This document shows, piece by piece, positions 51,215 through 64,000 of a DNA stretch of 64,000 nucleotides (the first letter of the stretch is position 1; each line of letters opens with the position of its first letter). This stretch comes from Harriotta raleighana (lineage: Eukaryota). Made by a program: the position numbers and the translations under genes. The notes under the pieces were generated by a model that was not told the DNA's origin, did no database searches, and saw nothing but the letters and a program-made list of their open reading frames with translations. The stretch lies in assembly GCA_050575255.1 (NCBI GenBank), contig JBNZDD010013678.1, positions 3,839,405-3,903,404 on the forward strand, read 5' to 3'.

Positions 51215-53065
51215 NGTGGAATTGCATGCATAAACGTTATATATTCAATGCACATATTTCTCCTTCTGCAACACCTACGTTTAATGGGAAATTGAAATTG
51301 ATATAGGGCGAAAAATAAACGATTTAGCTTCCCACACCATGAAACCGGAAGCATAGAAGATATTAATATACAGTCTTTAAACACATGCGGATTTATACAT
51401 TTGGTTCTTATGGCTTATAACTGTGTTCACACTGTTGTGGATGCGAATCCCCTTTCTGCTTTGAGCTGGAGGCAATCCAATTCTAAACCAGAATCAGCAA
51501 TGCCGGTAGCCTTTGCCTTGCATTATATCATCGTGTCTGAGATTACAGATCATAGAGTAAAGTATTCAAAAGTACCAATAACATTGAACGCATGCCAACG
51601 TAATCATCATTTTAGATCAGGTAATCGCAATCATCAGTGCACAGGCCATCATACCCTAAACCGTGTGCATACCTTTTGAATACAAAACAAAATCATTTAC
51701 AGGATGGTAAAAACCTAGCGGGTCAGTTTTCCAAAGGGATTCTTTCCAATCGGTTGTGTTCATTCGTGTTAGCTTTAGTACATTTTTACGAGTGTTGCTG
51801 CTGAATATTTCTAGTCTGGGTTCCAACTGAATCCAATGAGATATTCTACTAGTTGTTTTACGGAGTTTCCTCTGTGTATTATTTTCTTTCTACTTTTTGG
51901 GGATTTCACGTCAGACCTGAAGTCGGAGACGAACACACGTTCGCTGCCACCTCAAGTATATTTTGCGATTCAAATCAGTGCCGTAAATTGTCGTCAAATC
52001 AGTGCATAGATCACATCAAACAGATATATATTTTCTAAAATCCTGATTTCGAAGTAGGGAACTGTGGAACTCACTCTACGCCCCTGCTTTCTGAAATGTA
52101 TTCGTTTTGTCCCAATTTACACCCAATAAAGTAATTATGTTAAAATAAACAACCTTAGTTCAAAGGAGCAGAATCTCGGAAAGCCTGTCGCCTTTCTCCC
52201 TGCAACCTGATTGAATGTGTCTGGACCTTTGGTATCTACATCACATAGTAAATACTGTTAACCCGAAAATAGCTTCCATTTCCAGGAGGGCAAAGTATAC
52301 AAGCAGCCATAAAGCCGATTTGGTAGAGACTACGTTGACCTACCGGAAGGGATGATCAGACGAATCTATGAAACGTGGTAAATGATCTGCAGCCTGATAC
52401 ATTTAACAGGGCTGTTTCATTAAACATCAACTTATTTAAAACGAGTAGTCTCAACAATGCTCTTGATTCTGGAGGAAAGGGTTGATACAACAATCGCCGA
52501 AAGAGGAAACCACCCAATGTGCACAATTGAAGCGAATTATGAAAACATGCAGAAGGCGCCACATTTTGCAATAACCAACCACATCATTTTTCACTGAACG
52601 CGTGGTAAATACAGAGTTACCTTCCGTCTCCCACCCCCTTACCACCCCATCCCACCACCCAAACACCCCCAGCCCCCACCACCTTCCCCCACCCCCTCCT
52701 TATTTTTCTTTCTCCTCTTCTCTTATTTTCATACCTGGAGGCAAACGTTCAATTTCAAATGTGACTCCCAGCTGCTTGTTTTAATAGCGTTTTTAAAAAA
52801 AAAAATATCAAAGACAACTTTCTGATCCTCCAGCTCGAGCCGCACGCTTCTGGCAGATGTGAAACGCATCTGGTCTGAAAACGCTCTTAGAATTCCTTGG
52901 CAACTTTCTGTGGTTTACATATAAAAATTCTGACAGTGCTGGTGAAAACGCCTGATATATATACGAAAACTTGCAGAGTAGGGGATTCCTTTTTCTGGCC
53001 TTTCCTCCTACGCTCTGGCTGTTTTACACTTCCAAGTCTTTGGAAAGTGTTTTTCTCTCTCTCTC

Positions 53066-53122
<57 letters not shown>

Positions 53123-53943
53123 NACAACCATAGCACCAGCAGTCATAAATTTTGCGTTGCCCACAATGACAGGTGCATTGATATGCACTGTGAGGCCTCT
53201 CGCTTCCTAATAACTTCCCACTGCCCACTCCTGTGGCCTTCTTTTTTCTAAAAGGCAAACACTTCTTGGTCTACCTTACTGATACAAGTATGAAAATTAC
53301 AAGACAACGAACCCCCCAAAAAGATCCATAACGTTTGTTTTGATGTTTTACATCAAGGAAGCGTAAGTGGAGACTTAGAAAAGAGACACAATGCTGGATG
53401 GAGCCTGTCAAGTTAATCCTAAAAACATGAGGACTATTTTTTTCTCTCTGTCGTGGGTTTCTTTCTGTTTTTAAAAAAACGTGTAGATAATAATAAGGCT
53501 AAACTGGAAAGTTTTCTGCAGTTATAACACGCCATGCTAGAAATGGGAAGGAATCGAAAATGGACATTTAATTCGCTGGCTTCTTTCTCTTCCTTTATTG
53601 GTACATGTGAGCATGTCTGTTCCTTCAAACCCTCCCCAAACCCCCCTCCCCCACCTCCTCCCCACCACTGCTACCAACGTTGCAGTGACGCTTGCCATTT
53701 ATGATGACCCTAAAGCATTTATTAATTTGGCATTTTACTTTTCGTTTCACGGGCACCGCCATTTATACGCCATCCATTTGGATCAGGCAGCAGATATAGA
53801 GACAGAGAAAAGTGGTGATGGTCCATACCAAGTGTTAGTTGTCAAATCTGGGTATAAGGTGTTGCACTCTTGCATTTTAAAAAAACTTGTAAGGTAAGAA
53901 AGTTTCCAAAGATGCACGCAGAAACAGTTGACCATTGTCCAAA

Positions 53944-53987
53944 TGATTTATGGACCGTGGCTGCGATTTAGGTTCAAGCAGAGTTCA
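53944..53987 (+). promoter_or_regulatory. Pbx-Hox site (TGATTTATGG) plus DR5 RARE (GGTTCA-agcag-AGTTCA) upstream of the HoxD3 CDS
   Basis: Direct motif matches at 53944-53953 and 53971-53987; position of the known Hox3 5' RARE. Confidence 0.85.
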
Positions 53988-56514
53988 CAAGCAATTGCTG
54001 TTTCTGAACAAGATTTGCTGCTTCGCCACAGTCTTTTTCTTGCCAATACCTTATTAATGTAAGTTTCGATGTTACAGAGATAATGCCTTCAAATGCAATA
54101 CAAGCCAGAAGGCTCGGTGAAGGTGTCGACCCTATCGGGACAAATAATACTGAGTCATTTTCTTATCTTTTACGGTTTGGACACTGTATTTTGAACAAAA
54201 ATGTAATTAGATTAAAGATACTCTGTACACTTGGAACTAATATAGTGTTGAGCTGAAATGGCAGTATCTGCGAGGTGAAGGCAAGTTAACAAAACATCAT
54301 AAATGTTGATGTTTAAACATAAAGAGACGTGTGCAAACAAGGAATGTAGGACAGGAAACCCCCAAAAATCACTGAATGAGATTTTTTCCCCCTTAAAAGA
54401 ACTGCTGAAATCTGCACGTGTCTCTCACTGCAACTTTGGAGGCCTCAGATCATAACCCTCATATTTCATTATAATGTCAAATCCTGTATGGCTGAAGGCT
54501 TTTTCTAAATGAATAGAAAATCTATTTGTGACGTGATGTAGTAGCGAGATAACTTGTACACCCAATGGTCGTAGTGGTTTATATTACGCTCAGTTTTACT
54601 TACATGAGGTCATTTATTCGCTGAATAGGTACAAAACTAATGCCAACAATACATTGAACTCTGGTCAATCACTTTCTTGTATAAAGTTTCACTTTCTTTC
54701 CACATTTCTAGTCCGGTGTGTATGTGTTTCTTTTTTTAAAAATGGTACATTTTGTCATTCTTTCTAATCAGAGCAATTTGGCTGTTTAATAGATAAATTA
54801 GGATGCCCTAATTTCAAGAACAAGGGACCACATTGCAATTAAAAGGTTCGACACTGCTACCGAGCGCAGTTCATAACGACTTGCTGGGAGGTCAGACCTC
54901 TCCACAATGTTATGGGTATATCTTAACTTTCCTGTGGAGAATTGGGAAATGCTGTATTAGGAGACATCTTGTAGAAAAAAAGATGCTGCTCGATAAAGTT
55001 TATTCACAGGAATATTGTAATTACACATCGACTGCAGCAATTATAATCACTGTCCTAATTTGCATTGTTTCATATCGATTGTGATATCTTTGTATTATTG
55101 AACGTTTATTGATTTTTTAAAAAATGTTGATGGCTAATAAACATTATGCACAATTCATTTACTGTTTTTGTTTCAACTCAGCACAGCTCGAAATTCTACA
55201 ACGAGTAATCTATATTTTTTTACTAGGCATATATATGCACTGTGATGGTTTCATTTAGTGAGTTTATCTGTATGTTATTTTTAAATACAATTCATAAGAT
55301 GGGTCTGGTATGCACATACAATGAATACCAGAGAATGGATTTTAAACGCTGACTTGCTTATTTTCCATTTTATTTGCAACAAAGGGGTTTCAAAATGCAC
55401 TAGTTATACTTTAACCATCTTGCCTGTTCAATGTCAGCAGAAAGATGTAATAAAAGAAACACACTCGCTTCACACAAACCTCCCTTCTGTTGAAGAAAAA
55501 GAAACCAACAATGGCAAGGGAACACTTCGCTGGTTTTTCAGGTTTTGGAACCAGCTCGATCCATCATGTCCCATATAACACTGTGTCTAGATCACAGAAT
55601 AAAACTGGCAAACCCACAGCAAATGCTGCAGGCAAACACGTCGCCTGTGACGATGGCATTTTAGCTCTTTTTAAGAGTTTTGTTTGTTCGTTTCTCACCA
55701 GTACGAAAATGGTCTCAATCAGTAAAACCATCTGGGATGGAACGGAATTTACAAATGCTATTGAAGCTTCATTCACACTTTATTTTGAGGTTATTGCTCA
55801 ATACAGTTGTGGAATAAAGCCGGCTGCTTTTTCGCTTGATGTTATGCTTGAAATGTTATGGGGGATGATTTTGCTGTTTTGAACGTTTTCCTGTGATTTG
55901 TGGGGAATCATTTCTGGTAGATGACTTAATGAATGAGTTATGAATTGGATATTAAGTATTAAATAAACAGCAAACAACATCTCGTGTATAGGTAACAGTT
56001 TGAAGTATTTAAACCATAAAGTTTATATTTCATGTGATAAGATGAACAAAATACTGTCCACTTGGTAACTGTGGTTACACTTTAGTGCTAACTCCATCCT
56101 TTAAAAATGTGGCAAAACTAGCAAAAAAAACTCGAACCCAAAAGCTTCAGCATTAAACATCCTGAAAGTTTTCAAGGAATTCTCAGCAGCGAGAACATGA
56201 ATATGAAATTCCCCCATCTTGCTTATTGAATTGTAAAGATAGGCTCATTTTTTAGACTCCTGTTAATTTTGTGTGGGTGTGTGTTGAAGAAGAAATCCCC
56301 AACTGAACATCATCTTGCAGTTACAGATTGCTCTTTTATTATACTGAAGACGTGAGAAGCGCTATAACAAATGCAGGGATTATTATTATTATTATTAGGA
56401 CTGATTTATGAGTTCCTAATGGTTCACTACTGCTGTTGCTTTTTTACCTTGTAACCCCTAGGATTGCTGCGGTTTCACGATTGGGGGAACTCTGCCACGT
56501 GAGCGAGGGTGTCA

Positions 56515-56995
56515 ATGCTATTCGATCAGGGTGTCAAGACCCTGTCATTTGGAAATAGCGAGATGCAAAAGACGACTTACTACGATAACGCCGGAGTATT
56601 TGGTGGCTACTCTTACCAAAAGTCCAACGCCTACAGCTATAGCTCCAGTCACCAGACATACCCAACTTCATCTGTTGAAAATGATTATCAAAGCCCGGCC
56701 TGTCCCATTCAAACACCCAGTATCAGAGACCCAAACCATAAACCCACCGACATAAATGGCAGCTGCATGCGAACAAGTGGCAACCAGGCTACTTCCCAGC
56801 CCCAAAGCATCAATGAACCACAACCACCGCCGTTGCCACCCTCACCTAATGCAAGTAACACCTCGTCACAGAAAAGAACTAAGTCCATCCCAAATTCCTC
56901 TGGCAGCCCGGCTGCTACTCTCACCAAGCAAATCTTCCCATGGATGAAAGAGAGTCGTCAAAACTCCAAGCAGAAAAACAACTGCACGGTTGCAG
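56515..56995 (+). CDS. HOXD3: HoxD3 coding exon 1
   Basis: [25 protein letters not shown] has the HoxD3-type extension before MQK; hexapeptide region [17 protein letters not shown]. Donor GCAG|gtatct, phase 1. Confidence 0.93.
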
Positions 56996-58346
56996 GTATC
57001 TTGTCAGTAGTTCACTCGTTTGTCAGCTTTTAGTCACACAAAGTTTGTTAGAGCGTTTACAGTGAACTTCACCAAAAGAAGATATGAATTCTTTATCCCA
57101 GTTATTTTGCTGCTGGTAATCTGCTCGGGGAAAGGGATGGAGGGGGGAGGGGGGGTGGGAAGGGGGCAATGATTACACATGTTCAAGGAATACTTGCAGT
57201 GTACTCCAATGATAAATTGTAATATACCCTTAGAGGTTACAATAATACATTCGTGTAAAATCATTTATGGTTGAATGACTCAATGGTCTCCTTAGGAAGG
57301 ATTAGTCAGGATAGAAAAAAGGACTGGCGAAACTTTCTAAAAATGGGAATTATCCTTCCCGTTGATCCTCATGGGTTATATTGAGAGATTCTGATCGATG
57401 CATTTGGTAGTGACGGACAAATGATTCGATAATATCAACCCTGAGTTTGTGCAAACAAACCACAACTTCGCAAAATGCGAGACCGCCAACATTTGCTTGA
57501 ATTAGCCATGCACATAAATAGATGCAGCTAGTATTTGATCTCATCCTTATCTGTTGCTTTTGTTCACAACACCCCTTAGGTGTAGAAGTTAGAGCACAGA
57601 TGCTCCAGAAGAGTGTGTGATATGAATATACAACTCGTATACAACTTTAATAAGACCCATGCCTCATATTCCAACTGTGGTTGCTCGTGGGTATTATCAA
57701 TCGATACAACTGTCATTTAAATGGGAATAATTAAACAGTTGAACTTTACAGTGAAATGTCGCCTATTTTCCATATCTATTATTCCGAAAAAGAAGTGAAT
57801 CCTTCCGATGGACTCATCTTCAACTCCTCAAAAGTTGCACCAAGTCAATGCTACTTGTGGTATAGAAGGCATGAAACACGATTCAAGAGAATTACTAAAC
57901 TCCCTCGGAGATTAAACTATTTGCCCAATTAGAATTAGAACTACATGTAAATGAGAAAAGTAAGCACAATATCTGGCTGTTTTTTCAAAGTAACATTTGA
58001 TGTGATGAACTTAAAAAATAGAGTATCATAGTCTTGGAGAGTTCGTTAAAAGTGTTTCACTTGTGGAATACCAGTGTTCTTCTACTACAGAAAGTTAAAA
58101 TGCAGAAGTCAAGAGGTCAGCATAAAAAGAAAATCGCTAGTTAACGAACAGCCTGTACAATAAGTATCCTTGTCTATCTCTCACCATAATCGTTTCTTTC
58201 TTAGTCAACCTTAACTATGCAACCGCCTGGATGAACTAAATTGTTACAGGGCATATATTTTGAGAGAGAGAGAGTGCTACACCCGCTGAGACTCAAGTCT
58301 GTGTAACAATCGTGAACTGGTTCACACATTGGATGTTTTGTTTTGA

Positions 58347-59132
<786 letters not shown>

Positions 59133-61406
59133 TGGACACAGCACGGTTTGCCCAAGCGATGACACCTCGCTTTTTTAAATATATATTACCTCATTTGTAT
59201 CAAGTATTCTCATGCTTTGAGACCGCCAGCAGTATTTGTCCACCCACCCACCCATCATTTCCTACCCGTTACATTGCTTTTCTGTGTTTGTTTAAGGATC
59301 CTTATGTTGTCTCTCCCCTCCCCCACCCCTTCGGTATGATCCTAGTGCAATGCAGAATAGAAATAGAGGAACAATGACTTGAAATCGGTTCTTAAGAAGG
59401 TAAGACGTAATGCTGTCTGTGGTCTGCAAACGCGTCTTCTTAAGATGATTTTGAAAGACTGTGTTTCCATACACATCCCACGTTGGTGAGATTCTGCCTG
59501 TAAACTGGTTTTATTACCCAGTACCCAGTATCTGTACGTTTCAGTAATGAACGAACTGCATTGAACGTCAATGATATGTATTTATTATTTTAACTCGAAA
59601 CAAAAAAGATTTTTCTATCACTTATTTATCCTCGTCTTAATGTATTTATGTGGAAATTTATAGATCTTATACAACCTGACTTTGACCTGTTTGATCCATG
59701 TCTGTTACAATCATATTTCTCCTCTTTAGTAAACCTGGGTTTAAACTAGATGAGAGGATAGTTTCTTGAGCAATTGTATCAGTGGCTGATGTTTGTAGTT
59801 TATGTAAGGGTTATTTCTGAAAGCAAACTTGTAAGTTATGACTGTAGTTAATCAAAGAAAATGTGACGCTACACAATAGACTATACACATTTCTATAAGA
59901 ATACTTTATTTCAATTGTCTGGTTCTATTTCGAAAGATATTTAGAATAAAAATCTGTTCTTTGAACAAACCTGTAGCCTTTATTTACTAATATTGCACGA
60001 GCTGTATGCTCGCCATCTTGTCTCCTCACTTGTCATTAACACAATACAGGCTGATTGTTGGGTTATGGAGCCTTTCAGCAAAGCTCGTCTAAAATGTATG
60101 TGCAACATTTAAAAATATATATAGATTATTTTCTCAATATGCAAAATTAAACTCATCCTGATGAAGGTTGGTTGTGAACAAAGTGATGCAATGTGAATCT
60201 GGACTGCAAGGAGTTAAGGGGAAGACAGACACAACATTAAACGGGAGACAAAGACAAAGGATTGAGGAGATGACGAGAGGAGACACAGGAAAGCAGGAAG
60301 AGGGTAAATAAAAGAGAAAGGGATAATGTGTACATTGATTACAGTTACCTTCCGTCATATATGTCTTCCCCCAGAATACTGAAGTATTTAACACTCGCAA
60401 TTGGTATGTAAGCTGTTCTGAATACAATATATTCAAGGGTGGGGGTGGGGGGAGGTAGGTTAGCCCAGTTGTACTGTTACAACGTACCCACGACATAAAT
60501 CAAGATATAACATAAGTGAACAAGTCCACAGCTATTATCTACACCCGTAGAAATAAATCCACAAACAGACCTCGGTGTCTATTACTGTTATATTACACAC
60601 GATGTCGATATGAATATCTGGCAGAGTTGTCTTTGAAGCAGAGAGAGAGAGAGAGAGAGGGGGGGGGGAGACTAAACGCGGTGGAATAAACCAGGTGCTT
60701 TCAGACAAGAAGATGATGAATCTTTGGGGTCAAGAAACGAGCCACAATAATCTTCACAGCAGCAATTCGCAAACTCGTCCCACGCGACGCCATTTTGGTC
60801 GACAAACAAATGAGCAGAGCAGACTGAGCTCTGCCAACAGCTTATCTTAAAAGAGGGAGAGATTTGTTTTTAAAATCTCAGAAGACGTGTATCACTTCAA
60901 AACGTCGGCGCTTTGACGAAGAGCGACACATCACAATCGACTTGCTTTGTGCTGAAGGGTTAGAGGCTGTTTGGAAGCACCCAGATGATATGATAGCATT
61001 ATTATTATTATGCTGATGATGATATGATAACCCAGTTTAATGCCCTCTGACTCCCACTATATAGCGAGTTTCCCAGAACGCATCCAAAGAATCTCTCCTT
61101 TCTATTTTATTTATGCGAACCTTTCTGACATTCGCATTATAGTGCATCAATGTGCGTGTACTTTAGAATCCCAGAGTGTACCACTAAACGTAGCTCATAA
61201 GTTTATGTCCTCGTTAATTGACACCAATGCTTGAAAGAGATCCAGAGGTTCTTGTTTTGTTAACATACCACCCACATATTAAAGAATGCAAATTGTTGTC
61301 TTTACAGGCAAAGTGAAAGCCAGAGAACAAGAACACCCACACATGCATTCTAAAAAGAAAATATAGCTCCTGGGTTCTTGCCCACCAAATTGAGTTTAGC
61401 TAAGCA

Positions 61407-61441
<35 letters not shown>

Positions 61442-62337
61442 ATGCAACACTCTTAAGTCAATTGCTTTTTAAAAACATTTATTTGTTTCTCTATGTTTGC
61501 GATGAAAGTATCAAACATTTTGATGCCTAATTTGCCAATAACATATTACAGAATGTGCAGCCCGTGGGCTTTCTTTTTTTTTAAAAAATTCAATTAACAT
61601 ACAAAACGCGGGCTATTAAATGTTGAACGTTCATAAGTTACAACAGCTGTTTTCGCAGAGAATCAGTAAGATATTTAAAAGCCTTTTTAGGAGGATATAA
61701 ATAAATGGCTTCTGGGTGTTGATAAACTTGGAAAATACAACAGTACATATGAATAACAAAGCATTCTATGCTGAGAGCTCGCCTCCAGATGGAATGAGTT
61801 AGACGCTATTTACTCAAATCTAAGAACAGTCAATAGAAAGGGAAGAAAACGAAACAAAAAAAAAATGACATTTTGACAACATCCTGAATATTTACATGGC
61901 AGAATTAAGGAATTCAGTGTCAGTGACTCTCCCCAATTTGGCATTGGGCCTGACTGCCTGCTCCACAGGCCAGGGCGTTAGCTCTCCCCACAGCTTGTGT
62001 TCATTCTTCTGTGTGGACAAGGCTTGCGCTGATTGTCACAGCTCCGAGGATTAATTGAGTTGTGGTTTATTACACTGAGCTGCGTGTTATTTCTGGGCAG
62101 CAATCATCTAACCTCCTGATTGTTGTTTGATTCTCAATAATAAGAGCCGCCAACGCAGGATGCTCTTTTGTGTTTTGTAATCTTACATGTATCTTACTCC
62201 ACAAAGCCTTAACTTATTTGCTGGTCCCCAGCTGGTATTCTGGACATGATCTGCAAGGAAAGATGGAAACACTGCATGCTCCTTTCTACATTTTATTTCA
62301 GAATCATTCAGAAAGCCAGCCTTATTCCCACTCTTGT

Positions 62338-62432
62338 CATTGGTTAGGGTGATCATGTGACGATAAAATCAGCCTCATCTCAACATCGAGTCTGTGTATT
62401 CAATAGACATAGTTTAATAATAGCGCTGTCCC
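62338..62432 (+). promoter_or_regulatory. Hox2-type promoter/leader
   Basis: CATTGG...TCATGTGAC, then ATAGTTTAATAATAGCGCTGTCCC, similar to the recalled HOXA2 leader. Confidence 0.55.
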
Positions 62433-62542
62433 TAAGCGTTTGCAATCAGTACATTTTTTATATATATATATAAATATACATTTTTTTTTGCAAAGAAACT
62501 TGTCAAATAAGCCAATTTTCTCCCGCTTCTGCCCGGGCAGAA

Positions 62543-62888
62543 ATGAACAACGAGTTTGAGCGAGAGGTTGGCTTCATCAATAGTGAGCCATCGCTTGCCG
62601 AGTGCCTGACATCCTTTCCTCCTGTTGGCGAGACATTTCAAAGTTCATCAATCAAGAACTCGACGCTTTCACATTCGACACTGATTCCTCCTCCTTTTGA
62701 GCAAAGCTACTGCAGCCTGGACCATGGGAACACGCAGCAAAATGGGAGAACCCACACTTCAAAAGGCACTGGCCGGGCCACATTGGGGGAAAAACCCCTG
62801 GAATATCCGTGGATGAGAGACAAGAAAAACCATAAGAGAAAAACAACACCAGCAACAGGACCATTATCGTCTTGCTCTTCCAATGAAG
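62543..62888 (+). CDS. HOXD2: HoxD2 exon 1
   Basis: MNNEFEREVGFINSEPSLAECLTSFPPVGETFQSSSIKNSTLSHSTLIPPPFEQ...EYPWMRDKK (group 2). Donor GAAG|gtcagg; phase 1 matches exon 2. Confidence 0.92.
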
Positions 62889-63320
62889 GTCAGGTTAAAC
62901 TCATTTTTCCTATAGTATTTCGTATAGTCACCGGCGGTGGTACAGGGTGTTGGGGGACATTAAAAACAATCTTAGAAATCGTGCAACGAACTCGAATTAA
63001 CAGAAAGGTGAGCTACCTGTAAAACCAACACAGGCTCAGCGTTGCATTTAATCATAAATAATGAACCAGTTAAGAGATGCTCGGAATCTGAAGCACACCT
63101 TGTGCTGTGTTTTTGAAGAATCTAAACTCCTTTTAAATGCAAGATTATTGCGAATAATTTATCCCGCAGCATCTTTTCCGTTGCTTTGCTGGGGCCAGTG
63201 TTTTGCTTAAACAGTATCTTTTGTGTATGAGTGGCGGCCATTTTATACCACTAGCTTATTACGAAAATACGTTGTAACTTATCCAAACTTTACCCCCCAC
63301 CACCCTCCCCTTCGATACAG

Positions 63321-64000
63321 AAAACGAAGAGCTTAATGAAACAGACAATGGCGGTCCCTTTGACAGCTCTAGGAGGCTACGAACCACTTACACTAACACA
63401 CAGCTGCTGGAGCTGGAAAAAGAGTTCCATTACAATAGATACCTCTGTAGACCACGGAGAGTAGAAATCGCAGCCCTACTCGATTTAACAGAAAGACAAG
63501 TCAAGGTCTGGTTTCAGAACAGGCGCATGAAACACAAGAGACAGTCTCGATTCAAGCAGAGCCAAAACTGTGACTCCAAGCGTCACTTTAACACCCCCGC
63601 GTTGAATCAAAGTGGATTCCCCACAAAGAGCTCTGCCGAGACACCTGTAAATAAAACTTTGAATTCGTTAGAGACTGAAAACTTTCCTGGGCAAGATCTG
63701 GGTGACTCTCACCATAAAGACATATTGAATGAAATCAGCAGTGACCTGCTCAGTGTGATTGATACTTCTTTATTGTACATCGAAGGCAACCAGAGCCAAT
63801 ATCTCCCTCAAACCTCAGATGGTACAGACTACTCGCTCACCATGTTGAAGAACTGCTCTGGTGGAACTACCCCGAGCAGCCCGGAGAGTTTCAGCCTTCC
63901 ATCTCTGGAGGATTTAGAAATAATTACAATCGAACCCCGACTAGATTTGATAGAGGAATTGTCGCAAATATCTTTGCTGGGAAACGAGGAATCGCTGGTT
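63321..64000 (+). CDS. HOXD2: HoxD2 exon 2 (homeodomain), open to the window end
   Basis: Acceptor ttcgatacag ends at 63320. [59 protein letters not shown]; no stop before 64000. Confidence 0.93.

Overview
This is eukaryotic DNA: the central and anterior part of a vertebrate HoxD cluster, all genes on the + strand. The order is HoxD10 (exon 2 only), HoxD9, HoxD8, no intact HoxD7 or HoxD6, HoxD5, miR-10b, HoxD4, HoxD3 and HoxD2 (running off the window end). Intact HoxD5 together with HoxD2 points to a cartilaginous fish; the species cannot be determined from the sequence alone. Exon boundaries were read from GT/AG sites and reading-frame phase. Most other ORFs in the track are spurious (microsatellites, antisense shadows). 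Notable non-coding observations: a probable fossil HoxD7 5' end with its start codon; a near-perfect miR-196 site in the HoxD8 3'UTR; a Hoxc8-early-enhancer-like element upstream of HoxD8; three DR5 retinoic acid response elements; candidate CTCF sites; and orphan promoters with a 27-nt micro-exon suggesting long spliced leaders. Comparisons with mammalian sequences are from memory and need alignment to confirm.
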